Assembly: GCA_043228905.1 (NCBI GenBank)
Contig: JBHGNT010000021.1
Location: 9,114,001 to 9,178,000 of the forward strand
From: Azolla caroliniana
Taxonomy: Eukaryota > Plantae > Polypodiophyta
DNA: 64,000 nucleotides
Reading direction: 5' to 3'
In this document: positions 11,930-22,854 of the stretch, in pieces
Numbering within the stretch: position 1 is the first letter of the stretch
Layout of the letters: the number at the start of each line of letters is the position of its first letter
Translations under genes and position numbers: made by a program
The notes under the pieces: model-generated
What the model saw: only the letters and a program-made list of their open reading frames with translations
What the model was told of the DNA's origin: nothing
Database searches by the model: none

Positions 11930-14057
11930 ATGAGGGGGTCGGATCTTGCAGAGGCCATGGCTTCGGCCGTGGATCGAATATTGAGCACACGCGAGGGCAC
12001 CGGCGCCCTCGACAGAGCCATTGAGGCGGTTGTCGGTACGATCGGCCGGTTCAGCGGAAAGGATGCTACGAAGTATTTGGCATCGTACGGGGCGGAAATG
12101 CTGATGCGGGACATTCCGGAAGAGAGGCGTCTTGCCGGGTTCCCTCGAGTGGCGATGCCGAGCATCCATGCGGAGGTGCTCAAGGTACGGGCGGAGAGCC
12201 GTACCTGGGAGGAGTTGGAAGGCCGACTCCAAGAAAAATACGGGCTGGACGACGCGCTCCGGCTTTCGAAACGGGACTTCATGGAATGGGTGGAGTCCCC
12301 CGGCAAAGGAAGAAACGCGTCGGCACTCCTCCGGGAGTTTGAGGAACGCTTTGCGCGCCTCTCGGCGCTTGACCGAACCGTTCTGGATACGAGCCGGGTC
12401 CTATTGTTCGTCAAGTCGGTGGACGAGCGGGACCGGGATCAAGTCGGCTCCTTGCTAGAAACCGAAGACAGGCTGACGACCGACTGGACTACGGTTAAGA
12501 GAGTCTGTGGCCGTTTCGACAAACGGCGAGAATGGGCTGACAACGGGGCGACCGGAGCGTGCTCTGTCACAGCAAGGAGGCTTGAACCGGCACCACAAGG
12601 GCGAAGGGCAGAGACCTGGGAGTGGCTCGAAACCGGTTCGGCTTCGACCGGCATGGTCAATGACTCGTCCGGAGGAGCAGCGCTGGAGGAGTTGACGCGG
12701 GCGATAAAGTATCTCCAGATCGCCCAGACTCGAAGGGAAGGCGGCGAACCGGCTCGTGACCGATGGCCGGCAGCTGGGAACAGGTGCATGTGGTGCGACG
12801 AGGTCGGCCACATTGGGAAGGACTGTGGCGATTTCGCAGAGGCGTTGAGGAACCGGGTGGTGTACCTGTGGGAAGGCCGAGTGCATGCCGGCGATACCAG
12901 AAGGGCCCTAAACCGAAACGACGGGCGGGGAGGTATGAAGAGACTGATGGAAGAGGCAACGGCCCGACACGTGGAGGCCATCCACTACTCGACGTCGGCC
13001 GGTATTCGGGTCGGGGGCAGCGAGGCCCGAAAGGAGAGCAAAGACGGATTCTAGTCGGCAATGCTGGAAGGCCTCGCCGGCGCACGGCTGAGGGAAGATG
13101 AAGCGGACCGCACTGAGAAACGAGTCCGGGAAATAACCGGGTGGAGCGACCCGGTCGAGGAGAAGACGGGCTTCGTAGAAGCCGCCTGCCGGAACTACGA
13201 GGCTCTAGTGGAAGACAAACGAGTGGGGAAAGCCGGAGCGGCTGGGCCCTCACAATGATACGAGACCCGATTCGGGCAACGACGGAACGATGTTGGTGGG
13301 TCCAGCGCGCAAGATAACCCCAGGAAGGGCGGATACTGACTAGGGACCGAAAATAGAAAGGACCACGGACCTACGGAAGGTCCTAGAAGAACAGATCCTC
13401 GACAGCAAAGTGGAGCTGTAATTGCGGGAGGTGCTAGGGATCGCTAAGAAGGAGTTCCACGACTCCATTGTGGACTTGGTGAAGCGGAAGAGGTTGTCGA
13501 CGGAGACGGAACCGGAGAGACCGGTGGAGGTGCGGACGACGCACATCGACGACTCGGCACTGGCAAATGAGTGGGCGGAGAGCCACTATTCGAGGCCACA
13601 CTAGGCCCGAGCGACCACGGAGACCCCGGTGAAGATCGGAGATGTTCAGGAACCGGTGGTGGCATTGGTGGACCATGGTTCGGAAATAAACCTGATGTCC
13701 ATGGATTTCTATAAGAAGGGAAAGTGGCCGATCAACACCAAGCACGGGTGGAAGATACGGGCGGCGACGCGCGCCATCGAGGAACTGCACGGGGCCTGCC
13801 CGAACATGCGAGTCAAGATCGGCGACGTCGAGATTGACCAGCACTTCTTCGTACAGGAGACGTCCTCGCACCCGGTCATATTAGGTGAACCATACATCAC
13901 AGCGGCGCGGATGGAGACCAAGGTGCAAGACAACGGTTCGGCCTACGCGAGGGTCAAAATCCAAGACGGGCGCCATTCGGTCCAATTTCTGACAATGCGA
14001 CCAAACCACGAGCGGAACCGCGAATCCCTCGGTGGCGAGAACCGGGAGGATTTTTAG
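11930..14057 (+). pseudogene. G gag-protease ORF1 with several stops
   Basis: Zinc knuckle CMWCDEVGHIGKDC and aspartic protease LVDHGSEIN; premature stops at 13052, 13256, ~13340, ~13419 and 13602. Confidence 0.88.
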
Positions 14058-14113
14058 AGAGGGTTGCCAAGGCGTGGGGCCGAGACAATCCGGACACTCG
14101 GGAAAGACCCCAC
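14048..14113 (+). promoter_or_regulatory. putative -1 ribosomal frameshift signal (GGATTTT plus H-type pseudoknot); second copy at 30851-30916 on the minus strand
   Basis: Slippery heptamer, 6-nt spacer and covarying stems; pol lies in the -1 frame in both copies. Confidence 0.7.
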
Positions 14114-16605
14114 AGCTGTACGATAGAACCGAAACCGAAGAAACCCTGTACGATAAGTAAAAGATTTTGCTTCTCCGGCAGCGGAGGGTGTATGTTAGTC
14201 GGCATCGTTGGCCGAGAAAAGGCAAGGGCAGAAATGCGACTTCGAGCGTGCTGAGTTCTCGGCCCGAACGAGGAAATCAGCGGAGCCGTGGAGGCGGTCT
14301 CCTTCGACGACACCTTGGGAATGCTGAGGAAGGTAGCCGGAGAAGACCTTCACGAAGACCAAACGATACCAGTATGTTCCGAAGAGATGTACGAAGTCAT
14401 CGCGGACTTCAGTCAGGGGCTCGGATCGGATCGGACTGCCCGAGTTAGCACGAAGTACAAGACTGTGGACCGGAAGGTAAGGCCAGTCGCGGCACCCTTA
14501 CCGGAGGGTAGCGAGTCCCGAATCAGAGGGGTTGCGTCGGACCCCAATTTACGAGATCCGGTCTGCATAGGACACACCTTCACCGACGGGACGCTCCGGG
14601 AGCTCAAAATCGGTGGGGCGAGTTCCTACTGCCGGCGGAGGAAGACTAGTTTCGGAGAATGCTCGGAAGGCACGGGAAAGCCTTCGCATTCTCACCGGGA
14701 GAGATCGGGTGCGTAGACCCGACAATCGTGGAGCCGATGGTGATATTCACGGTACCGCATGTGCCGTGGAATCTCAAGCCGATTCCAGTACCGAGAGCTC
14801 ACATCCCGAAGTTGATGGAGCTATTGAGGCAGAAAGTCGATATGGGCATTCTCGAACTGTCAAGTGCCCCATACTCGAACCGATGGTTTACCGTACCAAA
14901 GAAAAACGGAACATTGTGCTTCATTCAAGACCTGCAGCAGGTCAACAGAGTGACCATTCGGAATGCAGGAATCGGACCGACCATAGACGAGTTCGCGGAG
15001 GCCTTCGCCGGAAGGTCGATCTATTCGGTCGGTGATCTGTACTCGGGGTACGACCAATTCCAGCTAGCTGTGGAGAGCAGAGACATTACAACGATGTGGA
15101 CTCCCCTCGGCCTAGTGCGAATGTGTACCCTGCCACAAGGAGGGACCAACTCGGTGGCCCACATGGTGAATGCAATGAACAAGGTACTGAGGGATTGCAT
15201 CCCGGACATCACCATGCCATTTATAGACGACATCCCGATCAAGGGGTGCCCGGTGGAAGAGAAGGACGCAACACTCGGACCGGACGGATGCCGGCGATTC
15301 GTGGCAACACACATCGACGACTTCGAGAAGGTGCTACAAAGGCTAGAGGATGCGAGGCTCACTTTCTCCGGGGAAAAATCGGCCTTCGGGCAATCAGAAA
15401 TCCTGGTGGTCGGACACCTATGTGGACCATATGGCCGGAAGCCGTCTTCGGCAAAGGTAGAAGCCATCTCCGCGATGAAGACCGACTGTAGCTCGGTTAC
15501 GGAAGTTCGGAGGTTCCTGGGGGCGTGCGCATTCTACCACATATGGATCCCGCATTACGCCCACGTTGCGGAGCCGCTATACGGGTTGCTGAAGAAAGGG
15601 CGAAAATTCGAGTGGTGAGACGAGCACACGGAGTCGGTCCGGAAGCTGAAGGAAGCTCTTGCGGCAGCACCGGCGCTCCGGAAGGCTGTCTACGGGAAGG
15701 GTACCCCGGTATACATAACGGTGGATACGAGTCCGACCGGGATCGGATGGGTCGTCAACCAAGAAGACGAGAACGGCATTCAGTTCCCGATCCGATTCGG
15801 CACGAAGGTCCTCAGTGAGCGACAGCGAGGGTACGCCCAAGTTAAACACGAACTCTGGGGTATCGTTTCGGCAGTAAAGGCCGACAAAGACTACCTGATC
15901 GGGACAGAAGTAATTATTGAGACGGATTGCCTGCCAATTCTCGGCATGGTGTCTGGATGCGCGTCACCGGACCTGGCGATGCTCAGGTGGATAGCGTACA
16001 TCAAGTCCCTGGACCCGGAAATACGACACATTTCCGGAAAGGACAAAGCCATGGCCGACATGCTTTCGAGGGCGAGGTTTGATGACGAGGGCGGCATGGT
16101 TTCGGAGGACGAAGAAGTCTGTGTGGACTTCTTCGAGGCAGCGTATGTGACGACCGATGTGACGAGCACTCCGGCGCTTAACGGCTTTGACGAGAGCAAG
16201 TACGACGGCGAGTGGCTGCGGATCGGTGGTTTCTCTAGGACAATGACGCCGGATGCGTCGTGGACGAGAGACGAGGCCAACCGGATCCGGAAGAAAGCTT
16301 ACCGATTCTTTCTCTGGGACGGATACTTATGGAAGCACCCGAAGAAGAGGAACGGCGTCCCGCTCCGGGTGGTGGCGATGAAGGAAGAACAGGAGGAGCT
16401 ACTGACGGCCTACCACGACAGCCCTTGGGCTGGACACCGTGGAACGTGGGCCACGTTCGAGAAGATAAAGGGAAAGTACTGGTGGCCGGGACTGTACCGG
16501 GACGTTGTCGTAGTGTATTTCGTACACTACGTGAAAAAGTAAAAATAATATAAATGATTTAATTACATATAAATAAATAAAATAATATATCAAGATATTT
16601 ATCAC

Positions 16606-16680
16606 GTGCATAGGGCAAGATTCGAACCCTGTACCTCCACGTAGCCAAACCTCAACTTTACCATTATGCTACCTTATCTT
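16606..16680 (-). ncRNA. tRNA-like Pol III cassette inside the E LTR (second copy 19440-19514)
   Basis: Minus strand reads TAGCATAATGGT (A box) ... GGTTCGAATCC/T (B box) at tRNA-like spacing. The cloverleaf is degenerate. Confidence 0.55.
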
Positions 16681-17327
16681 TAGTGTTCTATAAATAGATT
16701 TAATAACTATAAGTCCTTTATTTGCGCCTACCTTTATTAAAAGGTAAATCGTGCATTTTTAGAGTGCGTGAATATTTTATAGAAAAACGCAAGCAACTAA
16801 AAAGTGACTCATGCACATCTAGCGTGCATGAGCACTATATTTAGCAAATAAAAGCAAGGATTAGAAAAGCATCACATGCACATTTAGTGTGCATGAACAT
16901 ATTAGAAAAAAAAGCATGTAGCTATGCTTAGTCTCTCCCATCACTGCATAAGGATGGGGAGCACAATGTAATAGTGTGTGAAATATTTGGAAATTGGATA
17001 TATTTCCGAAAACACCAACCGATTAATATAATCGTGGGATTCACGAAAATAATATAATCTATACTTGTGGGATTCACAAGTTTCTTATATCTTTCTTTCA
17101 ATCTAAATACATATTACTACCTAAATATTGACTAAATATACTAAACTCGTGGGATTCACGAGATTCTTATCTTATAACTCTTTATACCTATTCTTTACTA
17201 GCCTTATTTGTATTTTTCTTTCTCTTAGTCCAAAACCTCGGCGGTTCCCACCCGACTCACGCAACGATCCGGAGCCGAAAGGCACGACACAGTTGGTGAA
17301 CCCGACGTGAAGGCGGGTGGCAAGGAG

Positions 17328-18794
17328 ATGGAGAATCAAAAAGAGGCAATGAGCATAACGATGATGATGATGTTCGAGCGGATGCTACAAGAACAACGAG
17401 TGATGTCGGAGATCACGGGGGCAGTAAAGCGGCTCGTACAACGAAACGGACAATTCAACGGAAACGATGTGTCACGCTATCTACATGACTACAAGGCGGA
17501 GATGATACGATGTGGGATACCGGAAGGATTGCAAGTGACATCCTTCAATCGGGTGGCCATGGATGAGCTACAAGAGAGAATCCACAAGATACGGCAACAA
17601 AACTCGACATGGGGGTCATTCGAAGAAGCTTTACGAGAGGCATATGATTACAAGAGATCGAAGGGAAAAGATCGGCGAGAATTCGACGAATGGGTGGCAT
17701 CGGAGAAGACCCACCGAAGTGCAACACAAGCATTCCTAGAGTTCGAGCATCGTTTTGCTCAACTCTCGGAGCGGGAACAACGATTGGTGGGAGAAGATAA
17801 AGTCCTAATGTTCGTAAAATCGATCGATCGAAAAGAAAGGATGGACATCGGGATCGAACTCGAAGACGATGAAGGTACGAATGGTCTTACCGAAGATTGG
17901 GCCAAAGTCCAAAGGGTATGCCGGAGACATGATGAGAGGAAGATGAGAATCTTGTCAACGACATGGCCGATGAAGGATGGTCGATTGAAGACAAACGATG
18001 GAGCCGATATGAAGGCCGAAATACAACATGATGGTCCGACGGAAGAGGGTGTAAAACAAGCTACCCTCTTGTCTTGCGAAAGAACAACGACAAAGGATAA
18101 GGCCGATAACCCAAGTGTAGAAGAAGATTTCGGAATACAAGTGTCCGAAACATCGGGTGAAAAAGGGGTAAGCATAATTGATGTTTGCATAATTGATGCA
18201 GTGAAAGAGAGCAAGGAGGACTTGATTGAGGAGGTCACCACCAAAGATGCCATCGAATCGAAGGTGGCTATGGACGAATCAACAACGGATGGCCATATCG
18301 AGACTTCCCCACCACTGATTCTAGAGACTCCGGCGGTTGCGTTCGAAAGGCAACGTGAGACCGAAGAGACGGAAGGTGGCGGAGAGAAAACAAAGGTCGA
18401 AATCGATGCATACGACGGAGAGATAGTCGAGAATATAGCTATGGGTGAAACAATGGAGGATGATAATACCGAGGATTCCTACCCACTAATTCTAGAGACT
18501 TCGGCAGTTGTGTCCGAGAACCAACGTGAGACCGGAGAGACGGGAGGTGGCAGCAAGAAAGGTAAAGTCGGAAGCCAGTTAGGATGGAAGGTGATCCGGA
18601 CGGGATTCCGATCCGAAAGAAAGCCGAACCGGGTAAAAGAGGATTCGACCAAAAGTCGACCTGAAAGAAAGCCGAACCGAAAGGAAGAGAATTCGGCCGA
18701 AAGACGACACAAACGAAAGCCGAACCGGGCAAATGAGGATTCAGCCGAAAGACGACCCGAAAAGGGGTCGACTCGGTCAAAACCGATCGACTGA
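17328..18794 (+). CDS. gag-like protein with acidic and basic repeat tail
   Basis: Open frame of ~490 aa. The N-terminal ~200 aa align with G gag (GQFNGNDVSRYL vs GRFSGKDATKYL; LTEDWAKVQRVC vs LTTDWTTVKRVC). Then two PLILET..V..E.QRET repeats and three or four ERKPNR-type repeats. Confidence 0.75.
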   Translation: MENQKEAMSITMMMMFERMLQEQRVMSEITGAVKRLVQRNGQFNGNDVSRYLHDYKAEMIRCGIPEGLQVTSFNRVAMDELQERIHKIRQQNSTWGSFEEALREAYDYKRSKGKDRREFDEWVASEKTHRSATQAFLEFEHRFAQLSEREQRLVGEDKVLMFVKSIDRKERMDIGIELEDDEGTNGLTEDWAKVQRVCRRHDERKMRILSTTWPMKDGRLKTNDGADMKAEIQHDGPTEEGVKQATLLSCERTTTKDKADNPSVEEDFGIQVSETSGEKGVSIIDVCIIDAVKESKEDLIEEVTTKDAIESKVAMDESTTDGHIETSPPLILETPAVAFERQRETEETEGGGEKTKVEIDAYDGEIVENIAMGETMEDDNTEDSYPLILETSAVVSENQRETGETGGGSKKGKVGSQLGWKVIRTGFRSERKPNRVKEDSTKSRPERKPNRKEENSAERRHKRKPNRANEDSAERRPEKGSTRSKPID

Positions 18795-21700
18795 GTCTGA
18801 CTTGGCCGAACGCGAATATGGATGGAAGCCGACCTAGCCGAAAGCCGATCGGACGAAACCGATCCAAAAAGAAGCTAATCCGACTCAACCGGAGGTTGGA
18901 CCGGTCGAGGCTGGTGAAAACGAGGAAAAGAAAGCCAACCAAAACCAAAACCGATAAATCGAAACCGGGCTGAAAGGAGACCGACTCAATCGAAACCGAA
19001 CAACCGATTCCGATTCGGCCGAATACGAATCCGATCGGAAGCCGATCAAACCGAAAGTCGATCAGACGAGAGCGATCCGGAAAAAAGTCAAGGTTGATGA
19101 AGACAAGAAAGAGGCCAGTAAAAGACACTACCACGAATGACAAGGGCCAAGAATATGACGAGAGAGAACAAAGAATATGGTGGATCGGATGGCGACAATG
19201 GTTCGGGTGGAAAGAATGGGTCTACTCAAAATGGAGAGACAAAGTTGACATAGCGGGACAAACGGAGGATGAAGGGGAGACAACGAGCATCGGCAACTTC
19301 GGCACATACCGGAGGATGTGCGGGTTCGGAGGGGGCGAGTGTCGTAGTGTATTTCGTACACTACGTGAAAAAGTAAAAATAATATAAATGATTTAATTAC
19401 ATATAAATAAATAAAATAATATATCAAGTTATTTATCACGTGCATAGGGCAGGATTCGAACCCTGTACCTCCACGTAGCCAAACCTCAACTTTACCATTA
19501 TGCTACCTTATCTTTAGTGTTCTATAAATGGATTTAATAACTATAAGTCCTTTATTTGCGCCTACCTTTATTAAAAGGTAAATCGTGCATTTTTAGAGTG
19601 CGTGAATATTTTATAGAAAAACGCAAGCAACTAAAAAGTGACTCATGCACATCTAGCGTGCATGAGCACTATATTTAGCAAATAAAAGCAAGGATTAGAA
19701 AAGCATCACATGCACATTTAGTGTGCATGAACATATTAGAAAAAAAGCATGTAGCTATGCTTAGTCTCTCCCATCACTACATAAGGATGGGGAGCACAAT
19801 GTAATAGTGTGTGAAATATTTGGAAATTGGATATATTTTCGAAAACACCAACCGATTAATATAATCGTGGGATTCACGAAAATAATATAATCTATACTTG
19901 TGGGATTCACAAGTTTCTTATATCTTTCTTTCAATCTAAATACATATTACTACCTAAATATTGACTAAATATACTAAACTCGTGGGATTCACGAGATTCT
20001 TATCTTATAACTCTTTATACCTATTCTTTACTAGCCTTATTTGTATTTTTCTTTCTCTTAGTCCAAAACCTCGGCGGTTCCCACCCGACTCACGCAACGA
20101 TCCGGAGCCGAAAGGCACGACAACGTGCATCGGTTCGTGACAACCTGTGAGAGCTGTCAGATGCACTCCGTAGTCCGACATCGGGACGAGCTTCACCCTA
20201 CGTACCCTCCGACCATCCACTTCAAATGGATGGTAGACCTAGTGACGATGCCGATGGGAGTAGGACAGATGCGGTATCTGGTCCTGGCTCGGGAAGATCT
20301 GACGAACCAGGTAGAAGGCCGAGCCCTTCAGAACAAAACGACCATGGCCGTATGTCGGTTCCTGATTGAGGACGTGATATGCCGGTACGGGTGCGTCGGG
20401 AAGATCGTGGCTGATCGCGGGGAGTTGGACGCCGAAGAGGCCGAGGAGTTGTTCGATCGGCCAGGAGTCAAGCTCTCGCTTACCACTGCGTACAATCCGG
20501 AGGCGAATGGAAAGGTGGAGCGCGGACACGGACCGATCGTCAAGGCGTTAGTTCGGGCATGCGGAGGTCAAGTCGGGAACTGGCCGCGGCTGCTGCCTTA
20601 CGCGTTGTGGGCGGACCGAACTACGCACAGTTCGGTAACCGGATTCATGCCGGCAGAGCTCATGTTTGGGCAGAAGCCGATCATGCCGATGGAACGTACG
20701 ATCTCCTCATGGGCAACCGTGGACTGGAGAGACGAGACGAGTCGAGAGGAACTGTTGGCGGCGCGCATACGACAGCTCGAGCGAAGACCGGAGGACGTGG
20801 AGCAGGTTGCGGGAAAGCTTCGGGTGGCAAGGACGAGGAACAAATCCTGGTTCGACCGGACGCGCCAGCTCCGACCGAAGAAGATCGAGGAAGGCGACTG
20901 GGTGTTAGTCTATGACAGCAGCCTCGACAACCAGCACCGAGCAACACGGAAGTTCGCAAGAAGGTGGTTCGGGCCTTACGTGGTACAAAGCGCCAACGAC
21001 AACGGGACGTACCATCTGGCGGAACTCGACGGCACGAGAATGGCGATACCGGTAGCTGCGAAGCAGATCAAAGCGTTCAAAAAGCGTCACGACGACGAGC
21101 CAGATGCGGTTAACCTGGACAGCGATGACGAATGATCCGAAACCAAGGAAGAACCGACGGACGGGGGAATGAAGGCTGGACGGGTTTTCTCCGTCCCAAC
21201 TCAATTTGGCGCATGCCGGTGGATGCGCGGTTAGGTGGGGGCGGATGTCGTGAAGAAAACCGTCCACAAGTGGAATCGGTGCACCGGAGCGTAGGAACCG
21301 GCTCTTCATACACGTACGCCTTATGTTGTACATAGAAGATCCTAGGTAGGTAGATTCGGTAGGTAGGAAGTTAATAGGAAACGGCTCCCTTCTTGCCTAT
21401 AAAAGGAGGGAGACGAGAAGGAGGAGGGGATCGCGGAATCAGAGAGGACGAAGTGCTGTCGGGTTGTCGGTCGAAGGCTTCTCTCTTCCATACGCTCCGT
21501 AGCTTCTTTCTGTGCAGGTTTCGGGAGGCTCGCACTGCTCTGAGGAATGCCCGAGTGCTTCTGGTAGCACCTCCGACCTACTCCTTTCTTTCTGAGCGTT
21601 TGCAAACAGGCATCGGCATCTGTTCGCCGGCCTGTTCGGTTGTAACCGACTTCGTGCTTCTCGTTGTTTGTCTCTATTAATATATACTTACATACCTTTG

Positions 21701-22627
21701 TGCCTCTCTGTGTTGGTTTCCCCGTTCGCGTCTTCTTGTCGAAGGGCCGTGTCCCTGTGGATCTACGCTCGCACGTAGTGGGTCCCTTCCCTTCTCCTTT
21801 CCCTATTGCTCTTCGGTACAAGACCCCCGAGGTCCCGCCTCATTCCACGCATCCGCGAGGAATACCCCGACACCGTTCGTCTCCGGATTGTACACCGTAG
21901 TGAGGGAAAGCTTAACCCCTAGCCGGCTGAACAGCTCGTCGTCTTCCTGCGCATCCAGCTCCCCTCGGTCAACCGCGATCTTTCCCACACCCATACCGGC
22001 ATACCACTTCTTCGATTAGGAACACACATATGGCTGTTGTCGTCTTGTTTGGCAATGCGCAACCCTCCAGTTGATTTGTCAAGTCCTCTCGTGCTAGCAC
22101 CAGGTACCGCATCTGCCCTGCCCCCATTGGCATTGTCACTAAGTCCACCATCCATTTTGTTAAACACAGTGCTCGGCCACAACCGAGGAATAGGATCAAC
22201 TCACAGAAAACAAAATGCACGATGCACGAAGACAATAGAGAGAAGAGTGCACAGGATGTTTTGCGTGGAAAACCCTAAATGGGAAAAAACCACGGGAGTC
22301 CTCAAACTCCAACTATCACTATGAACAGAGATGTACAATGGTGAAGCTACAAGGCAACAACCTTGAGCTCACTGTCTTCGCCACAGGCGGCGGTAATACA
22401 CAGAGGCAACGACCTCTTCGTCTCTCTCTCTCGGCTGCTCTCTTCACTCTCTTGCACACATAAGAGTGGCGATACACGATAAGCAACAACAACATTAAAC
22501 TGTTTGCCCTAAGTCATATTTATACACATATGACTTTCGGGCTATTTACAAATATGGCCTCAAGGACCCTTGGCAAACATATTCACAAATATGTCCCCGC
22601 ATCCGGATCTCTCTCCGGGTACATTCG

Positions 22628-22795
22628 TCATCCGGATCCGGAACCGGGTCTTCATCATCCGGATCCGAAACCGGGTCTTCATCATCCGGATCCGGAACCG
22701 GGTCTTCATCATCCGGCTCCGTAGCCGGGGTCTTCATCATCCGGATCCGGAACCGGGTCTTCATCATCCGGCTCCGGAACCAGGTCTTCATTCCC
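22628..22795. repeat. 27-bp tandem array (~6 copies) in the D1 LTR; also 27395-27563
   Basis: Unit TCCGGATCCGGAACCGGGTCTTCATCA. Confidence 0.92.
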
Positions 22796-22854
22796 GATTC
22801 CCGGACATCTGACCATCCCATCCGGAGGGACCGTAATCCCAACAAACTCCCCCT

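Larger units (their letters stand above)
16506..20122 (+). mobile_element. non-autonomous gag-only LTR element 'E' (TR-GAG-like)
   Basis: LTRs at 16506-17289 and 19340-20122 differ by about 5 substitutions and 1 indel. Trp PBS, PPT GGAGGGGGCGAG, perfect TSD ACGT; no PR, RT or IN. Confidence 0.93.
14054..21135 (+). pseudogene. G pol (RT-RNase H-integrase), split by element E
   Basis: RT LPQGGTNS and FIDDIPIKG (14659-15618), RNase H VDTSPTGIG (15721-), integrase zinc finger H..H joined to CESC across the E insertion, integrase core 20125-21135. No chromodomain seen. Confidence 0.9.
11260..21872 (+). mobile_element. Ty3/gypsy element 'G', full length, tRNA-Trp-primed
   Basis: 627-bp LTRs at 11260-11886 and 21246-21872. 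PBS TGGTGAACCCGACGTGAA at 11890-11907. PPT GGTGGGGGCGGA. 4-bp TSD CTGT/CCGT. Confidence 0.95.

Noticed and set aside
16606-16680. Functional tRNA gene
   Set aside because: The acceptor and anticodon stems do not pair well, so it is kept only as a tRNA-like cassette.
18439-19143. 234-aa antisense ORF in element E and the many other antisense ORFs over gag-pol regions
   Set aside because: Shadow frames of GC-rich or purine-skewed coding sequence, with no motifs.
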